DNA from: Kudoa neothunni
Lineage: Eukaryota > Animalia > Cnidaria
Direction of reading: 5' to 3'
Assembly (NCBI GenBank): GCA_964304625.1
Contig: OZ199838.1
Span: forward strand, 7,955,350 to 8,019,349
Length of the DNA: 64,000 nucleotides
Position 1 is the first letter of the stretch; the number at the start of each line of letters is the position of its first letter. The notes under the pieces are model-generated. The model worked only from the letters and a program-made list of their open reading frames with translations. It was not told the DNA's origin and ran no database searches. The translations under genes and the position numbers were made by a program. Positions 1-12,596 of this stretch are shown here, piece after piece.

Positions 1-454
<454 letters not shown>

Positions 455-1880
455 TTAGTAAAATAAATCAGACGTTAAATGTCCAAACGAGCTTAAAAGT
501 CGTGCTTTTCCGTTGATACTAAGGTGGATTTATCCTCAGCTAGTTGATCATTTTCCACTCGATCTTTATCTTATTTGATGAATTCAACGAGTAACTTCCG
601 TAGTATTAATCGGTTTACATAGGCATGTTTTTTGGTTAATTTAGCCTTTATCTTCGGCAACAAGGGTATTAATCACCGTTATATCTCAATAAGTACACAC
701 ACCAATAACGCACGAAATTTTTTGACCCCGATCAAATTTCTGTCTTCAAAAATTACCAGAGTCCAGGAAATTAAAAAAAAGTTATAGATCCCACTTTGAT
801 GGAATTTGGGAATTCTGAAATGCCAAAAAATTCTTCACAATAATACATAATAAATAAATTTATTATGTGTTTTAAGTTGAGTGAAGATTCTGCACCTCGA
901 TAAATTAATGTGAGGGGATTAATTAAGGTCCGCTTAATGTTGTTTTACGCCTACGTATATTTTGTGTGTATATTTGCTGATCTGTGGTTTTCTTGGCGCA
1001 CATTATATGGTGGTTGTTGCAACTTATGGAAAAGTTTTAAAATGTCAGAATCAATACTTTAAATCGGTGGGCGTAAAATTTCTATCAGATTTTCATCTGT
1101 TAGTTGATTACGAATATCAATTTTATTGTAACATCATGGGAAAATTTGTTCAAAATAATGTGCTGCCAAACATGCTTGTAGAATAAGTGCATGTTCCTTA
1201 ATATTTTGAATTGTATTAGGTAGTGATATGTAAAATCCAACAACCCATTTCCTCAATAAACGTCACGCACGTCGTCAGATGATTAGAGACTTGTAAGCTC
1301 AAGCTGATAGTCCGCTGGAAAATCAACCACTGTTTCATTGAATGGGCTAATGATACGTTACGTTAACAATCTTAATTGATCAATATCTTCGAATCGCCAA
1401 CTAAAACATTGAGTCAAGGTGTTTATTTTTTGGCATAATTGTAGGTGTCAAATCTTTATTCTTCATTATATGGCGTTGAAATGTGAAGAATATGTACCAA
1501 GTTTCGTAACACTGTTTGAGCTTAAAAGTTCTACTTTTTTCAAAATGATCAGATATGGTTTGCGTAATGGTACACTAGATGATTTTTCCCCTTAAATTTT
1601 AAATTTGAATCATTTAATTGTCGAGTTATATCTACAAACAAGCTATATCAGCTTATCACATAACCAGGCTTAATTAGTCATGGAAGTGTTTTTTTATCTT
1701 TGTCATAGGGTTTCCCGATCTAACTCGGCAATTTGCAATCAAACTTCGCACGTATGCAATCAAGATTTAGGTTTCAATGCGCATTCTTGGTTAACGTTAC
1801 GCATTAATCTCGAACAAATTTTTTTGAATCTAGTTGAATTTAAACCTAGAAAGCACACCAAAAATAGTTACACTAAGACC

Positions 1881-2056
1881 CAATGGGCCCCTTTTCGGTC
1901 CAAATATAACTTGTTGAAAAAGCTGATAAAAACATACATAGAATGAATTTTTTTTGATTCCGGTATATATAATTACATTAAATTTATGATATAGAATAGT
2001 ATCCCTATATTTTTATAAGCATTTAATTAAATTTTGGACCAAAAAGGGGCCCACCG
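1881..2056. mobile_element. Short MITE-like inverted-repeat element (~176 bp)
   Basis: CAATGGGCCCCTTTTCGGTCCAAA at 1881 matches the reverse complement of TTTGGACCAAAAAGGGGCCCACCG ending at 2056; AT-rich core; no clear TSD. Confidence 0.6.
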
Positions 2057-2520
2057 AACTTTCTAAGGTTAAATATTTGCGATGTTTCAGGTGACTCAGA
2101 GTGTATAATTTCAGAGAAATTCGATTCGGCTAGATCGACTTCAACCAAGTAACCTAAAACAAAGAAAAATCATCTCTGCCGATTTAAGAGAACAAATGTG
2201 CAATTTTTGCTTAAATGGAAAAAATGATAGTTATATAGCTTCGGAAATGAAGTTACCGAGATCCACGGTTTGGTCGATATTGTCTAAGTTTAGAAACAAC
2301 GGCACTCTTGCTCCAAAACCTAGAGGGGAGACAAACGATCATTTCTTTCAATGGATCAGAAAGAAAATTCATTAATCTCTTAATAAGAACTAAAACAAAA
2401 CCTCCAGGACGAATTTGGAGTTACCGTTTCCCTTAGAACAGTCGACATGGTAATAGGAAAGTTCCATTACACTCTCAAGTCTGTTGTAAAAGTTCCTGAA
2501 AAAGGGGAATTGTTCTACAA

Positions 2521-5500
2521 CAGGGATCTCCAAATTACGGCCCCCGGACGTTTCCATAATGACGTGTAAAATTTAATTAATTAGTGTTACTTTGCAATTA
2601 AATGGTACACAACTCGCACAAAAATTGTCTTGCGTCAGATTCATAGTTAAGTTTTTCCTAATGACTGTTATTGTTATTTATAAATTAAATCATAAACATT
2701 GAAAAGTTTGCATTCTCGATACTCGTATAGTAATATTACCCTTTATTCGTATTACAAATTGTTGTGTACAGATTCAACAATATTGGAATACCCGGGAGCG
2801 ATCGGTGATATCGATTCCTAGAACCTTTAGATGATGAATTCTCGAGATGACGAATGGCAGATAAAGGGCATGTTGGTTTTACACCTCATGGTAATAATGG
2901 ATAAATGACATATACAAATCATCAACAACATACACCACGAAGAAACGATATTACCGAGACCTCCACCGAACGCGCAGCCGATGCGATCCCCGCTAATAAT
3001 AATAATCCTCGTCAAATTAGTATTTAACCCATAATTAGTTACTATACATCATTGTCTTTTCTTACATTGCCCATCTTTCTGCGCACCTCTGGATATACAA
3101 CACAAATATCACAATAGTTAAAGATATATTTATAAAAAATCGTAATTTTGTCGGAAAACTTTCAAATGTTAATTCAAATACAGAATCTTTTATTGGTTAA
3201 ATAATTGTTTAATGACACGTGTAACAATCAGGGTCTTTAATCATTCTCTTCGATTTATCGTGTGAAAAGGGCAGATTATGGAAGAAAGAAAATTCGACCA
3301 TGAGTGTCGAATGTTTAACGATAAGTGGAATACAGAGTAATTTTTTATTAAATTGGGTAACAAAGTAATATGTGCTATTTGTGACAACACTATCGCAGTG
3401 CTGAAAGAATTTACTATTCGCAGACATTACGAGACAAAACATTGGCCGGAGTATTCAAAATACATTGGAGTTGTTCGTACGGAGAAGTTCAGAACATTAA
3501 AAAATAATTTGTTGTCGAGGCACTTTAATGTTCAAAAAAATTGCCCATGAAAATGCAGCGGCCACAAGAGCTAGTTTTTATGTGGCCTATCTATTAGCCC
3601 AAGAAAGGGAATTCATTTACTGATGGTGAAACTTTCAAGGACGCTCAAACTCCAAAGGAAGTGTTGAATGAAGTATGTCCGGAAAAAGCCAGCTCATTTT
3701 CTGAGATAAGTCTTTCGGTAAACACAATACGTCGTAGAGTGGAGAACATTGGTGAAAATATTATTTCGCAATTACGAGATCAAATAGAGGAATTTGTGTG
3801 CTTTTCTATCGCATTGGATGAATCCACTGATATTTTAAACACCTCTCAACTTTTATGTTTCATTAATGGGGTAAATATCAAGATGAAAGTTACAGAGGAA
3901 CTCCTCCCCGTACATAGGTACATAGCATGCATGGAACTACAAGGGGTCTCGATCTATTTAACGGGATTGAAAGGTTATTCCAAAATTTCAACGTAAACTA
4001 GAATAAACTTATATACGTCATCACTGATGGGGGTAGAAAAATGAGTGGAAGAACAAAAGGATTAGTTGGACAAATATATAAAGCGGTCGAAAACACCGGT
4101 GGACAAAACCTCTGGCGCTTCAATGTATTATTCATCAACAAGCTCTCCGTGGAAAGAATATGGGCTTGTCATCAGTATTAAATCCCGTTGTCTCCACTGT
4201 TAATTTTATCCGGTCACATGGACTCCATCATAGACAATTTTAAGAATTTTTAAAAGATTCAAATGCGGAAAACTCGGATTTGCCATATGGCACAAATATG
4301 AGGTGCCTTAGCCGTGGGAAGGTTTAAAGTCGATTCTTTGACTTAGGACCGGCAGAAATTGAGTTTTTACTTACTGAACATAATAATCTTCGAAATTAGT
4401 TAAAAAATGATGATTGGCTCTGGAAATTGGCTTTTTTCCAGATTTGAGAGTACATCTGCGATTTTAATCTCAAATTACAAGGCGAAACATTGTTAATAAA
4501 CAATGTTTGTTCATTAGTGAAAGCGTTTCGACAGAAATTGATTTTATTTAATTCACAATTAAATAATAGTTGTTTCACTCATTTTTCACGTTGTGAAAAA
4601 TACGCCCAACAAAGTAAAGTATCTTTACCAATTGTTGTCACCCAAGACACTCTTTCCGATTTAATGCAGCAGTTTGATGGGCATTTCAACGATATTGAGA
4701 CATTTCCCTCGAATATTTTAATATTCGAAATTCCCGTTGGATGTCACATCGACCAATTACCTGCGGAATTGCAAATGGAATTCATTGACCTTCAAACAAA
4801 TGAAATACACAAACGTAAATACAGTGAGTTATGGGTCGTACGTAATATCGCAATAAAACATAAATTAATAACCTTTTGATAATTTAATTTTTACTATCTA
4901 AACTTTATTAAAAAAGTAACATATTGTATAAATTGGACTTTAGAAAACTTAAAATATCAACAGTTTTTATGCATTTAATGTGTTGCGCGCAATTATGGCT
5001 CGTACGTAACGATTTTTTTGAAAAGCGAGGAAGATTATAGGTCGTGCGTCGATGGCTAACAAAAAGAAATTTCTAACTCTTTCGAAAAAAGTAGAAATTA
5101 TCAAACACTACGAAAAGATATCGAATAAACCAAACGCCAAATTGGAAACAATGAAGGCCTTCGACGTAAGAGCAAGATCTACCTTGAATACTATCATAAA
5201 CAATAAAGACAAGTTGCTTAAGCACTATAACACGGTTCTGTTTCCAAATTAAGAAAAACTCTTAAGAAAGGAGAACATATAGATACCGATCATCGAGTGA
5301 AAAATATAGAACTTTCTCAAGAAGTTATCATCAATAAAGCCAATGAATTCCTCGATGATGCCTCAAAGGAAACACCTTTGTCTACTGACTGGTTTTATGG
5401 CTTTATAAAAAGATTTAATATCTCTCGTAATACATTTTTCGGTGAATCTAAAAGTGTAAACAATATTGTCATCGAGGAATGGAAAACCAATTTGAGCGAA

Positions 5501-7250
5501 ATCTTTAAGAGCTGGGAGCCTAAGGATATTTTTAATACAGACGAAACAGGCTTGTATTATCAGCAACGAAAAAGTTATTAATATTTTTATGTGTTATATA
5601 TCTTGCGTAGGTAGAGGATATGTATTCACTAATGAGGTAAATAAAAATGGGTGTAAACAATCAAAAAAAGAATAACTGCTTTATTTGCCTGCTCTATGCT
5701 TGAAAAAAAATTAGACCCATTAATAATAGATAAGTTTTCAAAGCCCCGTTGTTTTGGATCAATTAAAAAGCTGCCATTGGATTATGAAGCAAACACTAAC
5801 GCTTGGATGACAGAGAAAATATTTTTCCAATTCCTCATTAGGTGGAACAAGAAATTAATTATGTCAACAAGAAAAATTTTGCTTTTTCTTGACAACTGCC
5901 CCTCACACCCTAATTTGAACCTTTCCAATATTACATTATGTTTCTTCCCACCTAATGCTACTTGCGTTTTGCAACCTCTTGACCAAGGGATAATCAACAA
6001 TGTTAAAGTAATTTATAAGAAACATTTAATGGAGTCTCTTATACAGAGCGTGGAAGCTGGATCGACAAAATGCGAATTGCCCAACATTTTGGAAGCGATG
6101 TTTCTGTTGAGGAATTCATGAGATCATGTAAAAACCGAGACAATTGTAAATTGGTTTAGGAAGTCATTTTTCCCCATGCCAAGAAGAATTAGAAACTCTC
6201 ACAGCAAATGAAAATCCACCCATCGAATTAAAAGAAATGATGGAAGAAGTCAATATAATCACCAGAAATCCAGAAGTTTGTGCTGTTGATGAAGTGTATA
6301 ACGATAATATTAATATTCTTTCACATCATGATAGGATAGAAGCAGAGTCTGATAATGATTCTATTGAAGCTGTTCCCGTTTTTGATAAGGAGATGTTTAA
6401 ATATTTGGCCTGTATAAGGAGATATTTTGAAACCAAAAGCCCACAAATGTTAAAGCAAATAACAAAATTAGATGTCGAGTTCCTGAAAATTCTACGATCT
6501 GATTTTAGGAACAGCTGCATTACAAATTACTTTAAAAGTAACAGTAGTTGAGTACGCTTGTTAACGAAAATATTACGTATTATTTTTAATTTTTGGTTTT
6601 TTCGCATGTGCAAAGTTATGTGTGGTGCGTAATGACTTTGAATTCCCTTTTGATTACGCACGACCCATAAGTCACTGTATAATGAAAACAATTTATTACA
6701 ATTTTATAAGCTTTTGCCTCGTCGTGATTTTCCAAATCTTTTATCTTTTTCTAGTAAATATATTTCAATATTTGCCACAACTTATTAGTGCGAGAAAACA
6801 TTTTCAAGAATGAAATATGTGAAATCCGCATACAGAACACAGTTGTTTGACGATCACTTAAATTCAATATTGATGATAGGGACGTCAAAGTTCACGCCAC
6901 AATGGGATATTATATCAGATCCGAAACAATTTCACTCTTCACATAATGGAAAATAAACTTATTATTGTTTCTATTATAATTATTTATTTTTATTATTTCG
7001 CCCCTCAGGATTTTTTATGCGCAATTATTTAGTGTTAGGGCTTGTTGGCGCTAATCCGCCGATTACGCCAAAACCTCCGAGGAGGATTAGACAAGGACGT
7101 TAGGATTATCGTAGATTTGGTTCAATGAGTTTTTTTAACGGCTTTAACATTTAGATTTCCAAATTCTTTTGGTTTAAATTTTTAATTCGGCCCTCGGAGC
7201 AATATCAACAACCCAATGTGCCCTAGCCTCAAAAAGTTTAGAGACCCCTG
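2521..7250 (+). mobile_element. hAT (Buster/SPIN, GTF2IRD2-like) transposon, decayed
   Basis: TIRs CAGGGATCTCCAAA / rc CAGGGGTCTCTAAA; 8-bp TSD TTCTACAA (2513-2520) / CTCTACAA (7251-7258); fragments CAICDNTIAVLKEFTIRRHYETKH, FSIALDESTD, and after the nested Tigger ...CEKTFSRMKYVKS...QFHSSH. Confidence 0.92.
4822..6677 (+). mobile_element. pogo/Tigger transposon nested in the hAT transposase, decayed
   Basis: 25-bp TIRs CAGTGAGTTATGGGTCGTACGTAAT / rc CAGTGACTTATGGGTCGTGCGTAAT, TA TSD; motifs IFNTDETGLYY, LFLDNCPSHP, FFPPNATCVLQPLDQGII. Confidence 0.93.
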
Positions 7251-7522
7251 CTCTACAACAAAAGAAAAGCGGTTCTAATATGCGGAAATGTTTCGGAAAC
7301 TAGAAATCACTTCAATGAGTGAAAGTCTCATATTTTTGGACGAAGTGGGATTTTCTGTAGTTACCCGACCCAAGAGAGGACGCTCATTGAGGGGCAAGTC
7401 AGCTTATTGTTTTGTGCCGGCCGCTAGAAGTAGGAATATTTCTGAGGTTGCTCCAGCCAATAAAAATCACGTAGTTTATAATAAAATACACGATAAGGCT
7501 GTAACGGGCGAAGACTTTAATG

Positions 7523-7700
7523 TAGTGTTTCTCAACGTGGGGGATTGGAAACATTTTGGTGGGGCATGGAAATCTTTGAGCGTTTAATGAACGGCTCTTG
7601 TATGATGTGGAAAATCCTGACCATTGATGTGGCATGGATAATGGTGAGATAATTGGGCAGTGTGGCGTACATGGAAATCAATACCTCGATTTTTGATCTT
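7523..7700 (+). mobile_element. Isolated hAT left-end fragment
   Basis: TAGTGTTTCTCAACGTGGGGG resembles the hAT terminus CAGTGTTTCTCAAC and abruptly truncates the Tc1 ORF; no matching right end seen. Confidence 0.5.
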
Positions 7701-7726
7701 GTTTACTTTTAAGCGAATATGAATAA

Positions 7727-8100
7727 AGTAAGGTCTCGATATTTGCGCATTAAATTGGGGTCTGAGCTTTTACTGCCCAATATCGATTGTTAGCGCACGC
7801 GCCACTCGAACAAATTTTTTATTTTTTTACGAAAAATTGATCTATCTTGTTCGTATTACTGAATTAAAGATTTGAGAGACATCGATCCAATAATATACGA
7901 ACTTTTCTTTATCTTTCGCAAACATTTGATCAAGAGTTTTCAAAATATCAAGAAGATAGTTGGACATCTAACCATTTTTTAACCGTTAATATTTAACAGA
8001 AAATTTATAATTTCCTCTAAAACAGGGGTCTCTTTAAATTTATCGATGACACTATGTGGAAGTTTTATCTCAATAAATTAAGCACTACAATTCGATTACA
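7727..8100 (-). mobile_element. Terminal fragment of a Tigger related to the 57882-59762 element
   Basis: AGTAAGGTCTCGATAT followed by GCGCACGCGC, as at 57882-57950. Confidence 0.55.
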
Positions 8101-8144
8101 GGTTTTTCGATTGTTTCATTTCCATTTAATTCAACTCCCTTATA

Positions 8145-9381
8145 CAGTGTTTCCAGTTCAAGATGCATTATTTGAAAAAAATAGGTAATTACTAAATATC
8201 GAAACATTAAATTAATTTTCAATAACTTCGTTATTTAAGCATCGTGGAAAATAACTCTCCGCATGATTGCAATAGTTTTGACATTGTGCAAACGTCACAT
8301 CCTTCGGACTAGATTTTATCGCCTCTATGAGTTCAGTTTTGTTTTTTGGATTCTTATGTCTTACTATTATTTTTAGTTGGTTGAAAAGTTCCTCGATCAG
8401 GTTAAGGAACGGAGAATATGGCGGTAGAAACAGAATCGAGTGATTTGTTTCTGCCACAAGATCCATGATGTAATCAGTTTTGTGAAATCTTACATTGTCC
8501 ATTATGAGCAATGCATTTGGTATACCGTTCAATTGTAGCCCCATGAAAAGTTGGATTAAATATTCTGAAAATACATTTTCATTTACTGAGCCCTCGTGAA
8601 CTTTAGTTGACCATACTTTCTGGGGGCTCATTGCGGCTATCAATGTAATATTTTTGGAGCGGACGGTTCTCACGGTTAAAATTGCTCTAGATTCAACAGG
8701 GGACCTTCCAAAAAAGCGTCTCATTGATAAAGAGAATCCTGCTTCATCAATATAGAGAACAAGGGAATAGTTTGGCTTTTGTTGAAGATAATTTATTACA
8801 TAACTAATTTAGATTTCATTTTAATTTATTATATATAATTTACTTTTTTTCTTTCCTCTATATTCTCGGGTAGATTTCTGCCAACAGGAACTATGGAAAT
8901 TTTTTTTAGTGAATAGTGAAATCCTTCAAGAACATTAGCAATCGTTTGCCTGGATACATTGATGTTATATTGTGAATTTAGCATTTCCCCTGAAGATGTT
9001 ACTGTTAGAGCGCAATCATCGTCAACAAGTTGTTTTAGGGATTGTTTGTGTTCGTCGTATAATAATTGACGTCGGTTGCCTCCCATTTTTTTCTTTTCCA
9101 CATTCCCCGTAGAATCCTTCAATTTAAGAATTCTGGTGACAGTAGTTGGATGAACTCCAACATACTTGGCGATTTGTTTAGTTGGGACTTTTTCCTTGAA
9201 GTTATATAGCTAATTAATTAAAAATAACGAACTTCTGATAAATTTAGAATTAAATCTCGTGAAGTCTTATTTGTTTTGTTATATTTTCTTTTTTTCGCGG
9301 TTGAATTAATTATTATATCAGCCGAACCTATAAGATTTGCTTCATGATCGGACATCGATGAATCTTGAACTTGAAACACTG
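8145..9381 (-). mobile_element. Tc1/IS630-type DD34E transposon, full length (1237 bp); transposase ~9355-8212 with two tiny introns and a probable 1-nt frameshift
   Basis: TIRs CAGTGTTTCCAGTTCAAGATGCAT / rc CAGTGTTTCAAGTTCAAGATTCAT, TA TSD; YIDEAGF, IMDNVRFH-(34 aa)-E in FLPPYSPFLNLIEE. Confidence 0.93.
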
Positions 9382-9388
9382 TATCATA

Positions 9389-12300
9389 CTAGCGCAAAAA
9401 CCTCGCTTCGCGTGGGTTTCCTTGCCCAGACACGCTGACTAAAGCCGTGAGTAGGCTAAGGTCATTTTAAGTTCAAAGTCAATTATAATTATCTTATCAA
9501 CCTTTCTATAACAGTCATGATCGAAATAAACAGCAATAACCCGATCATCCTCATTTTACTCTTCATTGGACTTTATTTTTATTTAGAAATCATAAGTTCT
9601 TACAACTCATGGATGCATTAATCATTTTGACTAACCCGTCGATAAATTAACTAATCTAAAAATTTGTTAACAATGTTTTACTTAATTATAACGCTCTAAC
9701 ATAATTTTGTGATTATTTAAAAAATATTTCAAACTTTTTAACTTGAACTTAACGTGCAAAGTAAATAATTTATTCACGCGTATTAATGTATTAATCTCCC
9801 GTTTAAACAACAAATCTTCGTTTACACCGAGTCCCCCCGCCTACGCACCAACGAATTTTGTAGATCGTCTTAAGTACGTTCAAAAGTAGAAAAGAGTAAA
9901 CTTTCAAAGTTTCAGTTGTGTTTAAATACGGAAAATTAGAGTTATCTACGCATATCACTCAACATCATAGCGAATCACGTGCAATGGTAATCTCATTATC
10001 ATCGCCGCTAATCTGTTTCTAAAAAGTTGTGTTTAGGCAGTGGCTATTGCTACGGATCCGTATAATCCGCATGCGGGGGTTGTCTATTGCTACGGGAGGG
10101 AATAACCCCAAATCTACAAATTCACATAAGATTTGAAATTTATATTTGTAATCAATGATTTTTGGCCTAACATAATTAACCGTTTTGGAGAAAATTTGAG
10201 CTATTGAAAAATACAACATTATTGTAAGGAGTTTTGGATTAAAAAATAGCTTTAGCTCATCTTTTTAACGTTTAATAAAATTAATATGAAAAATTGCTTG
10301 CGTAAAATCAGCTAATAAGGATAATACTCAAATGAAATAAACAATTTTGGCTTCTGTTAATATGAGCGTGCGCCAAGAAACGTTTTTAATTTTGTGGCAA
10401 CTGCTCACTTATATTAGATATTAGATAGGCGGCATATTTATATAATTTGAAAATTTAAAACAGTTAGTAAATTATTAGTTTACGAAAAGTATTAAGCGCA
10501 TGAGTCAGAAATATTGTATTAGACTGAATATGATACAATTGTTGTGTTCAAATCAAACTTTTTTTAATAAACAGTTAGTAAGTTAAATAGTTAGTATATT
10601 ATTTTTTCATATGTTTTTTTCTAGAAAAAAAATGACTGTTAGCCTACGTTGTTTAGGTCATCCGATTGCTTTCACTCTCAGTGGGAATTATAGCCCGAAC
10701 TAATATTTGGTAACATTTTATTAAATTTATTTCAAGTATCAGTTGTTATTTGGTATTATTTTGGATTAACTCCCTTTGAAATATTTGTATTACACAAAGT
10801 TTACTGGTAAAAATGGGTATTTGAAGAGACAATTCCCAAAAATTCCCTTACTTTATGTTCTCAACCGCAACAACGATACATAATTTTTCATTCAAAATAG
10901 GGGAGTATTCTAAAATTTATGTCAAGAAGCCATAAATGCATGCATAAATTATGCGAAATTCTCAAATAGGATCGTTAGCAACAGTTAAATACAAGGGTGC
11001 ACTAATAAGAATACCAATCGTGGAATTTATCTAAAATATTTGATTTTACAATCACTGCGAGTTCGAAAGTTTATGTATTGCCTTCGTTAACACAAATTTC
11101 CAACGAAATTGTAGAGTAAGTCGCATTAGATGATCAACCAAAAATAATAAAGTAACAACATTGTTTTCTTTTCAGTTTTAACATCACAATTAAACTTGTG
11201 AGTTGACATACTGATAATCGTAAATACATCCATGTTGGTTATCCCTCTTGTTTTCAAATTGTGTAGGGATTTCACTGATATTTTTACTCGTTTCATAGCA
11301 TAACATTTTTTGTATACGATTTTTATTAGATCGAAGTGATTTTAATTCAAAAAGATGATTATCTGAGAAATCGACTTTTTGTTGTTGAGGTAGAAATTTG
11401 TATATCAAAGCATTACAAAGACGATCGTGTATCTCATTCAAAAATATGATTATGAATTATTTTCCATATCGTTACTAACTCAAAAAGTAATGCTAGAGAG
11501 GCAGTTACCTCTGTATGTTGACGATTTTTGTTACCATTAAGCTTTCTTTTTTTATATATAGAGTCGAAAACAATACAAACCTTATTTTGTAGTAAATTAA
11601 AGCTTCATTAAAATATTTTAGAATTTTATATTGGGAATTTTGTATTTTTCGCTATCCCCTCATTTTTAATTTGTTGGAAAAAAGATGTTCATAACGATTA
11701 ATATGACTATATAATGAGTTATATAAGCCAACTTTCAATCCGGGAGAGGATTCCATCGTACAAATGATGCTACAATGAAAACTTTGATTCGCACACAGGT
11801 TACTGTATTCAAGAATACAAAACGTGTTTCCTTCTATTGTGGACATTAATTTCAGTTAACACATTACCGTAAAATTTAAGTTTTAATGTTATTAAACTAA
11901 TAATTTATCTATATCTGTAACAATAACATTTAAGAAGATGAATTATGCTCAACGCTATTTAATTACACACAGTAAGCTTTTATATTGATTTTAACTATAA
12001 AATTAAACATTACTTTAAATATATTTACTGAATTCACTATATAGAATGTTCTAATCGTTTTCTATGAATAACGATAATATTTGAATATACTTTGTAGATA
12101 TGTAATAATACATATAAATATAATCTATAAATCAAATATATATATATATAACAAATACAATTATTTCATTTTATAAAATTCTAGTTGAGCACATTTTAAT
12201 TGATTACATTAGCTGCGCCAGATTAAACAGATTAGGTACAATCATAGGTAATAGGTTGGACGTTTTATGCATAAAAAACAACGTCTGGTATTTTCTTTTT

Positions 12301-12596
12301 TAATTAAAGAAACCTTTATTAGTAAAAAATTAAAATATTTATTTAACATTACTCATATCAAAACGTAAAACACGAAATCTATAGTCACAATATTAGAAAT
12401 TTCAATAGCTCAAATTTTCTCCAAAACGGTTAACTATGTTAGGCCAAAAATCATTGATTACAAATATAAATTTCAAATCTTATGTGAATTTGTAGATTTG
12501 GGGTTATTCCCTCCCGTAGCAATAGACAACCCCCGCATGCGGATTATACGGATCCGTAGCAATAGCCAGTGCCAAAAGTTTACACTACAAATTCAC
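9389..12596 (-). mobile_element. Non-autonomous Helitron, copy 1 (3' end at 9389), interrupted by a MULE at 10036-12573
   Basis: Minus-strand end CCACGC-GAA-GCGAGG hairpin, then CTAG|T; 9389-10030 is an inverted homologue of ~14805-15405, and homology resumes at 12574-12596. Confidence 0.75.
10036..12573. mobile_element. Non-autonomous/decayed MULE with ~175-bp TIRs
   Basis: Near-identical TIRs starting GGCAGTGGCTATTGCTACGG, the same terminal motif as the transposase-bearing MULE at 60545; degenerate AAAAGTTTA TSD; no intact ORF. Confidence 0.8.

Larger units (their letters stand above)
2082..7522 (+). mobile_element. Decayed Tc1/IS630-like transposase split by a hAT insertion (parts ~2082-2520 and 7251-7522)
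   Basis: N-terminal HTH (IASEMKLPRSTVWSILSKFRNNGTLAPKPRG, FHYTLK) resumes after 7250 as LIFLDEVGFSVVTRPKRGRSLRG...RSRNIS; truncated at 7523. Confidence 0.8.
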
